Shown here in pieces: positions 25,715 to 38,920 of a DNA stretch of 64,000 nucleotides (position 1 is its first letter; each line of letters begins with the position of its first letter). The stretch covers positions 4,485,648-4,549,647 of the forward strand of contig MU058718.1 in NCBI GenBank assembly GCA_013265495.1, read 5' to 3'. The position numbers were made by a program, and so were the translations under genes. The DNA is from Vicugna vicugna (Eukaryota). The notes beneath the pieces were generated by a model, which made no database searches, was not told the origin of the DNA, and was given only the letters and a program-made list of their open reading frames with translations.

Positions 25715-27753
25715 CTGAAAACATAAAAATAAACTGTACAATTATAAATTTCATTTTAGATAGTGCAGGCAAGCTAACTCATCCTAAACAAATTCTGTTA
25801 AAAAAAAATCGTGCAAAGTTATATATGCAAATCATGCAATGATTTATCGAAAATGGCTGTAAATATTTTTTTAGTATTCTATTTTTACCAGATTTTAATA
25901 GATAACAAAAAAACCTAAAAGTTTTTGAAAAAAAATTATGTTGAAAGATATACTGTAAATAAAATTGTTCAAAAGGGGAACCATAACAGAGAAAAATAAA
26001 ACAAGAACCATAACAGTAAAAAATAAAACATGAAAAGATTCCACTTAAGAAAGGCTTAAGATAAACTAACCCAAATCTGCAGTGCCTCTGAGACAGGCTG
26101 AGAGAGTGCTGCAAAACGCCCAGGAAGGCCATTCACAAAGCCTAGGAATTGTGAAAAGCCAGGACCCTGCCAAAAGCACGGCCGAACAGCACTCACTGCC
26201 GAAAGTACTAGAAAACAACAAAAGCAAGAGACAGCTTCCACCTGGACAGAGAAATCACTAATCAAATGGTATGTGACGGAGTCATCATAAAAATATCAAG
26301 TGCTTAAAAATACTTTAGAAATTTTGTGAAGTTTATACATGAAGGAATAGTGAACTTTCAGCAAGTTTGGGAAACTAAGTGTGTGATCCTATCGGTTGGA
26401 ATATGGCAGCTTTGTAGAGGAATAAAAGATTACAAATTTGGTAAAGGGACAGATGACAGATGAGCTGGAGGTCAAGGTGAGGAGAACAGAATGATCAGAC
26501 TGTGGGAAATTGTTGAAGAATTTTGAGTGTGAGAATCACATGACAAGAGCTAAGTGTTATTTTGGCAGCAGTAATATATAGCAAAGTGGAGTGAGGAAAG
26601 TCTGGGGACCTGCATCAAGCATGCAGGTCTGCAGACTTGGGAGTTACACGCAACACAGGGTGAACTATGGGAATGGAAGGCAAGTATGGTAGAGGACAGG
26701 CACAGGATGGGGATAAAGCCTTCATTTCGAGGATAAAAAAAAGGCTGCCAGAGATGGGAGATAAGAGTGGCTGACAAAACCAAAGGTAAACCAGCATAGT
26801 ACCCTATCATAGATAAGAGAAAGGAAAGTTTTATTATGAAGGGAGTGGTCATCAGGGTCAAATTCTACAGAGCTCCAAAAGGACGAGATATAATGGCAAT
26901 GTAATGGGCAAACAGGAAGATCACTGATCTTTGAGGTAGTGTTTTGAATAAATCAGTGAAAGTAGCGGAAAGAGATAGTAAGAAAGGGAAGGCAACAGAT
27001 CTAGCTTTGTCTTACCAGAAATGTCTATTCTATTTTCTTAATTGGTAAGACCTCTCAGCTTGTTTTTAGTTAGGAGTTAGTGGAAGGATAGGGTGAATTT
27101 CAAAAGAAAATGAAAACCCACCGGAACAGGAGGAGGTATGACAAAACAACTCCATTTAATACAAATACCTTAAATAGTTATTAAATTTTTAATATCTGAA
27201 AAGCACTTGGCATGGGGTTAAGCATAATGTAGGTTAAACATAATGCAGGTTAAACAAGACACTGCCCCTACCCTCTGGGAAGAGGGAAGAGGAAAAGCAA
27301 CATAAGGCAAAGAGGAATAGTTTTTTATTCTAATGGTTTATGTATGTTACAGATTGATTATAGTAAATAAAATACCCTCTATAGTAGTTCTAATTGCATT
27401 TTATCCTTTTTCAAAAAAAAACAAACACCAAATTTAGATTTGTAACCTGTGATTTAGCTGGCAACATGTAGACCTGAGCCACTTGCCTTACAGAGACATG
27501 TCTAAGAACACCTGGAGACCTTATCTTGGGCACAGAAGGAAACTAGTTTTCTTTCTCATCCCGGGCAACTTTTCTAAGACTGGCTCTGCCCTTTTAGAGC
27601 CATACAAGCCTGCCTGGTAAGCTGGCGTCACCTCTTCAAACATACAAGTGTCCGTCCTGATTCAGCTACGTGGGATATCAGGATGCTCAAAGAGCCTCTT
27701 TTTTAAGGAAAATACAGCAACCAACCTAACCAGCAATGTTTGTAATACCATAC

Positions 27754-27852
27754 CTTACTTAGACAGATATCCACAGGAGGCTCCTTTAACCGAACAGTGG
27801 CTTTCCCCTCATCCACAAACTTGGTGAAAAATTGCTCAACGTTCTCCTTTAG
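27754..27852 (-). CDS. LRR1: LRR1 coding exon 2 (99 bp)
   Basis: aagcag|CTA AAG GAG...AGT AAG|gtatg; LKENVEQFFTKFVDEGKATVRLKEPPVDICLSK. Confidence 0.95.
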
Positions 27853-28369
27853 CTGCTTAGAACCAATGGGGAAAAAAGGACAAAACCAGGTACTGTTATT
27901 CAATGTTTCTTACAACTGGAACGTGCGCGTCATTCTGCCAGGTTTTGGTTTGGCTTTTGGTCCCTGAGTCCAGATGTTTTGTGGTTTTAAGATTTAAAGT
28001 TTCTTGTTTGTTTTTTGGGGGTATTGACACTCTTTATCTAGCTTCTAGTAAGACATTATTGTTCTATCGGTCCAGTAACTTTCTTCTTCTGAGAACAAAA
28101 TCCCCTGTGTTTGGGGGCTGTTGACTCTTTTCTCCCGTTCTAACTATGTGGCTGTAATTAAGAGTTGCCAATAGCAGTTACTTGCTGCCTTAACTTCAGC
28201 CCATTAGCCTGGGGTGGGCATGCCTCCCACAAGACTCTAAACTCCATGAAAGCAGGAGTCTTGTCTAACTTTGCTCACTATTATATAGCCAGAACCAGAA
28301 CAGTGACTGACATATAATAGTTGCTCAGAAATTTTTAATGACTGATGTTGCTTCTGTTTTAGACTTCAA

Positions 28370-29400
28370 CAACTATTGATTGAGAAGCCACTAAGTACCA
28401 GACAGTATGACAGAGGATTGGGGACAATAGTGGTAAATAAGATCAGCATGGTAATTACACTTATAAAGTTAACAATCGGATGAGAGACAGATATTTAAAA
28501 AGTATAAGCATAACAAGTAAAAAGACAAGGGAAGTACAGGCTGACAAAAGACCTTATATGGCAAAGGAATTTTATCTGGTGCAGGGGTATGAAAGTGACC
28601 TTAAAGGTAAGAACTGAAGGATCAGGGATGTTAGGCAAGTGGAGATACTGGGGGACGAGAGAGGGAATAGCATACCAATAAGATGGAACAATGTGTGCAA
28701 AGCTTTGAAGGTAAGAAAGCTTGGCAAGCGTGAGGGGCTGAAAGACATTCAGTATGCCTCAAAGAGCCAGTGAAAAGAGGCAGGTGAGCCTACAGAGGTA
28801 CACAGAGGTTAGATGGTGAAAGACTGAGTAAACCATGTTAAGAATTTTGGATTTTATCCTAAGAACAATGATATCCACTGAATGACTTTAAGCCAGGAAC
28901 ATGGTTAGATTACCATTTTGAAAAGTTCCCTTTAACTACAGTGTAGGAATGAACTCTGGGAGAGGGGAGAGAAAGAGATGGAAGAAAGACAATGGCAGAG
29001 GTAGGGAGATCCTTTAAGAAATTAGCCAGGCAAGGGACAATGGTGATTTAGACTACAGCTGTGATGGAAGGAGGTATGAAAATATGAAAGCTACCTAGGA
29101 AGTAGAATTGAAAGAATTCATTAATATATTGGATGTGTGGAGGAAAAGGCTTTAAGGTTCCTGGATGGAGCAGAACACTATCAGAAAAGCAGGGCTAGGG
29201 GTGGCAAGGAAAATTCATTTGGGGATATTTTGAGTTTGAAATACTGCAACCCATCCAAGGGAAGATTTCCAGTAGGTAGCTGGTTCAAGTTGGAAGTTTA
29301 GGGAGAGGACTAGCTAAAGATACAGATCTGGAAATCACATTCAGTTGGGTAATAACTGAAGTCATTAGACAGAAAAGTAGAGGGTTGTAGAAAACAGCCC
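28370..29400 (+). repeat. Ancient LINE2-like fragment in LRR1 intron 1
   Basis: Purine-rich L2-like wording (gaattttggattttatcctaag, ttttgagtttgaaat); boundaries and strand approximate. Confidence 0.5.
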
Positions 29401-30934
29401 CAAGGTACTCCCACACTTAGCACTAATGCCTACCCTTCAAGGTCCAGAACCAAACCACCTTAATTCACCCAATAAATGTTTACTTAGTCCCAACTGTGTC
29501 TCAAGCCCTGCAGCACCAGCTCTTCTACAAAACTTCCCCAAGGCCTTTAATCAGAACGCACCTTGGCTTTGATATTACACTACTCTGCTGCTACCTTTAT
29601 TATAGCACTTACACTAACCCACTTTCATAAGTGATGGTTTCTGTTTCTCCCTCTCCAGTCTTGAAAAAACAGTGACTAGATCAGGTTTCTTTCCCACAGT
29701 ATCTAGCACTGCACCCTGCACAGTCATTCTTCAACTAGTGGTTTGCAATAAAATTCTGGTTAAGACTTCCACCTATTGACTATTTGTACAGTAGAAGTTT
29801 TAAGGGAGAGATCATTACAGACTCAAATTAGGCAGGATCTGAGCCGGGCTTGAAAAGATATGTGTCAGGGAAGACAACAGGGAGAAAAAGGAGACCCAAT
29901 TCTAGTTATATGAATTTGCTTCTATCACCTAAGAGTTCTCTAACCTATAAAATGTTGGGTGATTTCTAAAGTCCTTTCAATTTGAAAATTGTAAGAATTG
30001 ATTCCATGGACGGGGGGAATTATTTAGACTTTCAACTACTTACATCAAACATTTAGGTGGCTCTGAATGAAATAGCAATATCTCGTTTCCTCAACTAAGA
30101 GCATTCACTGTGGAGTACAACACTATAATGGAAATAATTCCAGAAATTGTATAAAACCCAGTCAAGATTCAGATGCAAGGGTGGGTGATGAATTTTCCCC
30201 TCAATTTTATTGTAGTAGGCACAAAGGTATTCCAGTCATTATCACAAAATAACGTGCCTGGTAATCAAGGTAAAAGGATTTTATAAAACTTGTGCTTTAA
30301 AAATTCTATTCCAACTTCCAACTTCTTCTAGAGGGTGTATTACTGCTATGTAGATACGAAAAAGCCCTGAACCAAACAAATCAGGACTTAAGAAATCAAA
30401 CATTTAAAGGGGACAAAAAGGAATGTAGTAGTAATTTTAATAAAAATATCAAAATGCAATCCAAGCATTATTACTTGATACAGTACTAATCTAGCCCAGC
30501 GACCTTAAGATACCTCATCCCACAAAGTTTTAAACAAAACTAGCGAAAAGACTGTGGAAGCAACAGGATTTACTGAACCAAAATGCAGTCATTTTACTGT
30601 TCCCCCAAACTAGACTGATGCTTCATTTATAGTTTAGCTTCAAGCAGGCCGAAATTTCAAAGGCTTTATAGGGGCGGGGTTGCTATCTACTACTAAATAG
30701 CGACGCCGTCAATACGAAGTCGCAGAAATGGGTAAGAAAAGTAACGAGAAAGTGCCCTTTCAAAAGCCTTCCTCCTTCGGGTCCGTAAGGAGACACCCAG
30801 GATCCCAGGGCCGGGCCATCAAGAATCCCCAAAACGGAGTTCAGCCTTGGAACCGAGGCCGGCCCGCCTCTCTCTAGGCTCAGGGCAAGAGCGCCCGGCT
30901 GCCCCTCCTGGCAGGGACCGCCAGCCCCACGCAC

Positions 30935-31147
30935 CTCATAGCGGGTCCCGCATTTGTCCTTCAGGGTGGAAATGAATAGACAGGCGGGGTGCCGGCCGCC
31001 CCGCTCGCTCCCTGCCCGGGGCCGCGGCTGAGTCCTGGGCGCCTGCTGACAGAGGCTCAACACCGCCCGGACGCCCTTGCCCCGGTTCCTCAGGCCCAAG
31101 GCTGGTAAGTGCCGACTGACCACCTCCACCTCACAGTGCAGCTTCAT
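30935..31147 (-). CDS. LRR1: LRR1 coding exon 1 (CRL2 substrate receptor)
   Basis: MKLHCEVEVVSRHLPALGLRNRGKG...GTRYE|gtgcg; 71 codons; four exons sum to 1275 nt = 424 aa + stop; CpG island. Confidence 0.95.
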
Positions 31148-31185
31148 CTCGCGGAAGAACCCTCCACCAGCTTCCAGGGCTTGGC

Positions 31186-31208
31186 TTTGAAACTTCCCCC
31201 TTCCCGCC
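31186..31208. promoter_or_regulatory. Candidate CHR (TTTGAA) and E2F (TTCCCGC) cell-cycle elements near LRR1 start
   Basis: TTTGAA 31186-31191 and TTCCCGCC 31201-31208, 40-60 bp upstream of the ATG. Confidence 0.45.
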
Positions 31209-31915
31209 GCGCCGCGCCGCCGCCGGGGTCCTCGAACTCGCAGCTGTCCGGGGATCTGCCTGCCTGCTCGATGTGCCTACGTCTCTGGCTTTCTTAAGAC
31301 AGCCGCTCCACGAGTCCTGTGGACGCGGATGGCGTCCCCTCTCCTTTTCAGGGCCAAGTCCGCACTGTGGCTGCGGCCCATGGGGCGCGGAACCGACCTC
31401 CTGAGGACGCGGCTCGTGCCTCCCGAAACCGGCCATCGGCGAGGGCGCCACGTCCTTCCCTGGGAGCGCGCGCGCGCGGCTGACGGCTGACGGCCGCAAT
31501 GGTTATTGTTTGGGGCGGAGTGCTTGTTTTCGCTGTTGACACTTAGCGCGCTTCCCTCACGCGTGGGGTCCTTAAGTTTCCCTAGGAAAGGCCGCTGTCC
31601 GGCTGTTAAAGGGAAGGTGTTTTTACTTTGGGCACTTGGGACATTGCTTATTGCCCGATGCCAGCCAGGGCGCGATTTCCTGGTGCTGATAGGTTGGTGT
31701 TTTGTTTTGTTTTTGGTGCCCCGGAGGCGACACCTGCCATATGAAAAGAGAACTTGATATCACAGTATTTGACCTGGCAATAATTGTTGAACAAATTCCC
31801 ACTTTGCAACTGCTAGTGGGTTGGATGGAGTGACTGGCTTTACTGCATCTGAGACTTGGAAAGACCTTCCAGACCCTTTATGCATACCCTCCGGAGTCCT
31901 TATTCTAATTATTAA

Positions 31916-32013
31916 AGGGCCGGGCCCTGGGTGGGGCGAGGGAGGGTCTTGCTTTTAGGGTCTTAGTCTTGCCGTCTTAAAATTTGCGCCCTCGCCTCAC
32001 CCTGATCCCAGAG
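31916..32013. mobile_element. MER96-like short palindromic hAT element
   Basis: agggccgggccctgggtggggcgag ... ctcgcctcaccctgatcccagagct imperfect terminal inverted repeats; ttaaaatttgcgccc core. Confidence 0.55.
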
Positions 32014-32313
32014 CTTTATTAAATATTCCGTTTTGTCTGAGATGTACTTTTGCAAATGTGAAATTGCCTCCAGAAATACTTTTCAATTCAATTATGACAA
32101 TATAATGGTTTATCCTTAAATGTGCGTCCTTGTGTACAACAGGTTGAACCTAAAGTGTTACGTGTAGATTCCTCATTCTAAAAAACATAATTCGTTCATG
32201 AAAAGTTGTGATAAGATAATAAAAAGTTAATTTCTCCCTATTTAGTATTTTTGTATGTAGAGCATGAAATTACTACTTAATATTGAGCAACAGTTACTCT
32301 CATGGCTAGGAAG

Positions 32314-32737
32314 TGTGGCTGAAAAATGTGGCCTGCCATATGGGTAAACAAAGGATGTGCCTCTGCAGGCATCCGAAACTGCACCTTGAGGGGATTCGGG
32401 TTGGAGAAAAGCAGGATACTGGACCTAGATTCTTAAGGTGCTTATCAAAGGAGTGATTTCAGTGAGCCCAGAATTTTGCATCTTCCCATATGTAGAAAAG
32501 CTCTAAATTCATTAACTTGAGATGTTTTCTTTTCTTTAATTAACAGTACTCTTTTGATGTTCAGGCTGCACGGTTTTTGCCGCAAAAATCCTGTATATCC
32601 TGGCTCCTCACTTACCTCTTTGGAGCAGACCCTCAATTATCTGAGAGGCTGTCTTCCAGGCTTAAGTCCTCAGATTTGTCCACCAAATACAACATAATTC
32701 TCAACTTTTAGGTTGTGCATTTTTTTTCCAGTTGACA
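32314..32737 (+). mobile_element. ERV1-type solo LTR
   Basis: TG...CA ends (tgtggctgaaaaa...ttttccagttgaca); 3' half strongly similar to the LTR at 49746-50289. Confidence 0.8.
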
Positions 32738-34404
32738 GAGAAACAGAATTAACCAAAAAGACACCCTTGACTTTGCAAAGACATTAGATGTTACAGGAAT
32801 TACCTATTTTTGTCCTTTGAGTGGGTAATAATATAGAAGAAAATAAAACACCTGCTTAAACAAGTACATTAAATTATACTCTGCACCTCTAGGGAAAGTG
32901 GGCAAAGCTTAAATGTTAGATAATTACTGTTGCAATTTGATTTATTTATCTTATTGAAGTAATTTTAATTAGAGCAGAAATGTAAAAAAAAAAGCCTCAG
33001 CCATTTATTTGGAGTAACTTGGGTTGTTGAAACATGAATTCAGTAATTAAATTTTAAATAATCTAAATGTATGAAAGTTACTTAACAGTTCCAAGGGGAT
33101 TTTAGAGTATCACAATGGTGTGTACTGCCAGAGACTTATCTTCCTAATTGCCACAGTCTCAAAAAAGATTGGTGATTCCCAAAATATTTAATAATTAAAT
33201 ATAATTATCTTACTAAATTAGATATATTGCACTGATAGCGAAATAAACATATATCAGTTTTTGAGATAGCATCCCCCTCCCCCCACCTTCCCCTTAGTCC
33301 ATCCATTTTTAATGGCTAAATACTTGGATCTGATGTTCATTTCGGTGTTACTGGATTGCTTATGAAGCAAAGGATTCACTGAACATCTATCCACACTTTT
33401 CTCTCTACCATCATACAAATAAAGTCTGCTTGTTGACCTTCTCTATCCTCAATTACCTCAAGCTAGTTTGCATTGCAGACTGACTGGACATGGAAATACA
33501 CAGGGAATTTTTAATTGGGCTACAGGTTTTTGACAAAAGGAACTACAGAAATAGCATCTGGATTTGTTTTCCTTCTCTAAAATTGGTTTCTCTTCTTCCT
33601 GTCCTACATGCTACACTCATTCCCCTCTTTTCTGTTTTGTTTATACTATAACCCTATTAATCTTTCAAAACCTGGTTCAGTTTCCACTAAACTCTCTTTG
33701 ACATCTTGATCTTCCTTTTTGGAAGTCTGCAAATTCAATTGCACTTAAAATTACCTTTCACTTCTTTTATTTCCCCAGGTTTGTGGTGCACACCAGACAT
33801 TCAACCGACAATTAATTAAATATTTCTGACTTCCCTAATTTGTGCCCAGAGTAAACTATACTCACTTAGGTTTGTAGCTCACTTGGATTGGTTCAAGCTA
33901 GTAAAATCATATGATATCATATTCTTAAAGAGAGAGGTCACAACCTGTAGACAGTGCAGACTTGTCTGCCCTACCGCGCTGGGACCAGATCTTGAAGTAA
34001 GTGTTTTTAATGGTAAATTTCATCTAAACTAAATAAAGCTAAATAGCTTACAAATATATACCTAAGAATTAGACCTTTATAGTGCTGCTTTGCCCCTGTG
34101 AACACTCTTTGCTCATGTTTTATAGGTTGTGCTTCCACTATGATTTTCCTAATTAATACCCACCTTCCCACTCTTAGTACTGCCATGTCAGTTCAGAGCT
34201 GCATTAATTCCTCCCAAAATTATTTCTAAACTTAACAGGTCTTCTTATTTCAATACATTTATTCATTCATTTAATATTTATGGGGTTCTTGCTGTATGCT
34301 AGATGTTTAAAAGGCAAAGATGAATTTACATTGTTTAGAAGAGACAAATAAACCAATAATTATATTACAATGGGATTGTTTCGGAAAAATGTGTTACAGC
34401 TTGG

Positions 34405-34652
34405 TGTTACAGCTCAGTTGTGACAGCAACCTGGATCCGGGCGAGAGACCAAGCAACACTCGGAGAGTTGGAGAACTGAGGTTTATTACGCCAGCGGGCC
34501 GAGAGGAGTTAACACTCCAAGCTCTGGACCCTGTCTGTAGGTTTACACAGGCCTTTATAGGCTTCCCGTTTACACTTTGCAACATCGTATGCAAATAAAG
34601 TATAACAAAAGTTGACCACCTAGGAACAAGCTTTGTAGAAATAGACCGATCA
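34405..34652 (-). mobile_element. CpG-rich truncated LTR fused to an L1 fragment (L1 about 34650-34875)
   Basis: Minus-strand TATAAAG (34553-34559), AATAAA (34482-34487) and ...TGTAACA end; junction at tcaga into L1 3'-UTR wording. Confidence 0.65.
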
Positions 34653-35229
34653 GACTTTTATCCATTACAGGTTATTACAAGATACTGAATATAGTTCCCT
34701 GTGCTATACAGTAGGACCTTATTGTTTATTTTATTGTTGTCTATTTTATATATTGTAGTGTGAATCTGTTAATCTTACATATAGTGGAGTATATCTTTTA
34801 ATCACAAACTCCTAATTTATCCCTCCCCTCCTTTCCCTTTGGTGACCATAAATTCATTTTCTATGTCTATGTCAACTCTGCATTTTAAAACATACCATAT
34901 TTCTTTTAGCAAGTTTGGGTGTTTGCAGCAAGAGAAATCTTAGGTTATCCGACTCAAAATAATTGCTATATGATTACTTATTTAATGCCTGTCTTCACCT
35001 CTAGACTGCAAGCTTCCTGACAGGTTCTGAGTTATATGCAAGGCCTAGCATAGTGTTCACATGTACCCGATGCTTATTTGTAGAAAGAATGAATGAGTAA
35101 ATGAATAACTGATACCCATTACTCATTTAACAAATATTTATGAGAGGCTGCATTGTGCTAAAGTTGAGTAAGCTTTCAGACTAGAATGCATTTGGTTAAT
35201 ATTGCTTTTGTTGGAGTAAATAGCTAGCC

Positions 35230-36000
35230 ATTTGGGAGGAGGGGAAGGTGGATTTCTCTCCCTCACTCCTGGAGGATGGTGAAATAAATTTTAGGTGCAT
35301 TGAAGGTTTAAATGAAAACCAAAAATGTAAAAGTACCACAAGAAAACACAGTAGAGCTTTTTTAGAATTGTGATCCAAGACATAAAGGTTGTAACCTCAC
35401 AACTGAATAAATTTTAATACATAAAATTTAAAACTTTTTGCATGGAAGAATACACCATAAATAAAGAAATAAAGAAGAATCTGGGGTCATGGTGAATAGA
35501 ATAACTTTGCAACCAATATGAAGGTCAAAGGGCTAATTTTCTTCCACATTAGCGTTTGCAAATATACAAACTACAGACCACCACACATCAAGACAGTGGG
35601 CTGTAGACTTGAAGGAGAAGGCCCCAGATAAAGATCCATGGCTGGCTTATAAACATAGGAAAACATGCTCTGCATTATCAAAATTCAAGTTGAAATAATA
35701 TTTACCATTTTTAGGCTGTCAGAAGGACAAATATAAAAATGTTTGCTAGTTCACACTGTTGTGGGATTGTAGGAAAACAAACACTTTGTATGGGTCTGAA
35801 TTTGAACCGCTACAATTTCTAGAGAGGGCAAATTGGTAATATCTATCAAAAATTTCAAAGCTCATATTCTTTGGCCTAGCAGTCCCATTTCCAGAATTTT
35901 ATTTTATAGACATACTATTATAAAGTACAAAGACATACTATTATAAAGATATACAATTAGATAGAGATATAATTTAAGTATAAAAAGAATATTCACCCAA
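35230..36000 (+). repeat. Old L1M-type fragment
   Basis: A-rich decayed L1 ORF2/3'-UTR wording (tagagagggcaaattggtaatatctatcaaaa, cctagcagtcccatttccagaatttt). Confidence 0.55.
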
Positions 36001-38099
36001 CGATGTTTCAATTTAACTTCATTCATTATTTTTGCTATATATTTCTCCATAGCTTTTATACCCTTCTAAGATGCTTTATGAGCTATCTATTTGTGAAAAC
36101 ATTGGGTAGAGTAGGCTTCTATTTCTGTAAATGAAAAGAGATATAATAAACATACCTATAAACATAAATACAAGCATATGTTATGGACACATTTATACAT
36201 ATATGTGTCCATATATGTACATATACACTTGTGTGAGTGGATGGGTACATAGACTATTTCTTTAAAGATCCCCCTCCCCCAAACTGATACCACATTGGTC
36301 TGGACAGGAATACTGGAGAAATAGGGGTCTGGGATGGATGAAGACTTCCTTTTTATTTTACTATTTTTTTTGAGATTTAAAAAAACATATATTATGTATC
36401 TGTTTTCCTTTAGAATATAGTTAATTAAAATATCAACATTTGTTGAAATGGATATACATATATGTTCTGAAATTGAAGATAGCTCAAGAGATGTAGATTT
36501 TTTTTTGTTTTTATCTTTTTGTTTTGTTTTTTGTGAGATGTAGGTTTTCAAATGACAAAATTCTGGATGTACAATCAGAAATAATTTTGAGAATAATCTG
36601 AGGAAGAAAAGAGAAGATATCTTGAACCATTGTAATCCTTTAAAAATTATGGAGACCAACTAGGAAAGACCTGAAAAGGCTATATATAAGTGGGCAAATG
36701 TTAGATTAGCTTTTGAGAGGCACTTGAATTTTGTCAACTACACATCAATGACTGATAGAAATTCCAGGCAAACTGTAGAAGCTTGACATTGGGACTTCCG
36801 TAGTCAGGGTTTAAGTTAAAATTCCTTTCAGTCTTATCAATCCTTAGGCCTTTGGGGTATCCTCCTCTTAATCTCTTCACTGACCACAGTAGCATTTCTT
36901 TGAACAGGTCCAAATTTTATCCTCTGCTTGAAAATTTTCAAAGATGTTCTAGAATTTTCAGGCTGATGTCAAAAGGTCTTGGTTTAGAAAAACATTAAAA
37001 AATTCTTTTCATCATCTGGCTGCTTTATACTGCTCTAATGACCTCATCTAACTATTACACTAGGTTGATTACCTTCTTCAAGCTTTTTCCAGCTCCATTC
37101 TTTGGCTCAAACTCTTCCTCTCCTTGAGCATTCCCTTCCATTAAGCGCTGCCTGTATAAATACTCTTCACTTAAGGTCTACTTCAAAGGGCCCCACAAAT
37201 GGACCTCAAGCAGGAATTAATCTCTCTCTTTGCTCCTCTCCTATTCTATGAGCATATCCATCGCTGAATACAGAATGTCTTGCTTAGTTGTCGACATAGC
37301 ATTGAGACACAAAAGTTGAAACTGGAAGGAAGGGCTCTGAGGTAATCCTATTTTCCTCACTACATTTGTTTTGAGGGTAGGATCAACTTCAATCTCTGAC
37401 TTGACTCCTTCCTTCATCATGAAACAAAGAGCCTAATTTAGATTGGAAGGGGCATCCTACCAGAATCCTGAAATAACATACCTCCAAAAGCTGTGGTGCT
37501 TCAGTCCTAATGTAAGAATTCATGTATAAAAGCTTCCTGCATTTTTGCAGATTGTGATACATTTTATAGATCTGGTTAAAGCTTTGGTGTCAGAGCCATG
37601 TACAATTTTGGGTTTATCTAGAAACATTATAAATGACCATGTGGAGTTTAGACATTTTTCAGTACATTATTAGATGGCATTTGTGTATTTAATTTGATTT
37701 GTCACCAAATCATCAGGTCTAAGCATCACTCAATGCATATTTACTTGTTTCTTACTTTAAACTCAACTAACTGCATTTAAATATTAAACACACTGTCTCG
37801 TGTCATTTTGGAATGGTGTAGGTTTATTTCGACTAGCAGTGCGTTAGAAAAAAATGTTGAAAACGTATTTTAACAAAATAGGAACTCCTATCGTTGGCTC
37901 CTAATTATTACAGTTGATTTTAAGTTATTTTGTAATTTTATCCCAGTAGGTGTCAGTGCTGAGTTAAGGCAAAAATGCTTTTTCTAAGTGTAAAATTTTA
38001 ATTAAAAGAACGTAGAAGGTTCAGGTGATGAAGAATAGACGGTAGAATAGTGAGGTCATTATTTCTTGAGGGCTCAAAATTCATTTCTGGGTGCTCAAA

Positions 38100-38398
38100 A
38101 GAGACGGGGTCTCGCTATGTTGCCCAGGCTGGAGTGCAGTGGCTATTCACAGGCGCGATCCCACTACTGATCAGCACGGGAGTTTTGACCTGCTCCGTTT
38201 CCGACCTGGGCCGGTTCACCCCTCCTTAGGCAACCTGGTGGTCCCCCGCTCCCGGGAGGTCACCATATTGATGCCGAACTTAGTGCGGACACCCGATCGG
38301 CATAGCGCACTACAGCCCAGAACTCCTGGGCTCAAGCGATCCTCCTGCCTCAGCCTCCCGAGTAGCTGGGACTACAGGCGCGCGCCACCACGCCCGGC
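38100..38398 (-). ncRNA. RN7SL1: 7SL (SRP) RNA gene, full length, 299 nt
   Basis: GCCGGGCGTGGTGGCGCGCGCC...complete S domain (GGAAACGGAGCAGG)...GAGACCCCGTCTCT then TTTT terminator; no poly-A or TSD; upstream promoter elements present; adjacent to RPS29. Confidence 0.97.
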
Positions 38399-38421
38399 GA
38401 CCGGGGGTGGCGCAAAACGAG

Positions 38422-38448
38422 ACTAGAGCCTGAAGTGTGGTGACGTCA
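38422..38448 (-). promoter_or_regulatory. 7SL upstream promoter: TCTAGT element (-29 to -24) and ATF/CRE palindrome (-50 to -43)
   Basis: TGACGTCA at 38441-38448; actaga at 38422-38427. Confidence 0.8.
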
Positions 38449-38572
38449 TCAGCTATGCCCGCCTAGAAAATTTCCTAGCTTCCTCTTCTCTCAGGCGGAA
38501 CAGCGTGTCCACACTGCGCACGCGTCGCTTGTCAGCACTGCCTTCTGGGTAAGATGTCTCCCCAAAATTTGA

Positions 38573-38692
<120 letters not shown>

Positions 38693-38920
38693 TGAGAAAT
38701 AATGTGGCTTTAGGGAAGGGTTGCTTTGGGGTGTGACGCTGCTTGAAATGTAGAGGAGCCGGCAGGCAGCGCGATGGGGGAGAGGAAATCGGAGCTGTGG
38801 CTGCCGCCATTACAGGCCTCTGATGGGTCCGCCAAGGCTGGTAGTGCGGGTGGCGGTCTCCCAAGTGCCGAATCGTTGTAATTTCTGCAGTCTGCCGTAA
38901 CGCCGTGTCTCTCCTTGTAG

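Noticed and set aside
30683..30934. LRR1 exon-1 ORF running to 154 aa
   Set aside because: Read-through past the GAG|gtgcg donor into intron 1; homology resumes in exon 2.
35908..35948. Direct repeat agacatactattataaag x2 and similar short repeats as a CRISPR-like array
   Set aside because: Only two copies inside an old L1 fragment in a mammalian genome; simple slippage duplication.
36156..36659. 167-aa minus-strand ORF
   Set aside because: Non-ATG start, AT-rich low-complexity and repeat-derived sequence, no splice or domain support.
38091..38426. 111-aa ORF and Alu-like sequence
   Set aside because: It is the antisense reading of the genuine 7SL gene: full S domain, T4 terminator, upstream CRE, no poly-A or TSD. 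Neither an Alu nor a protein.
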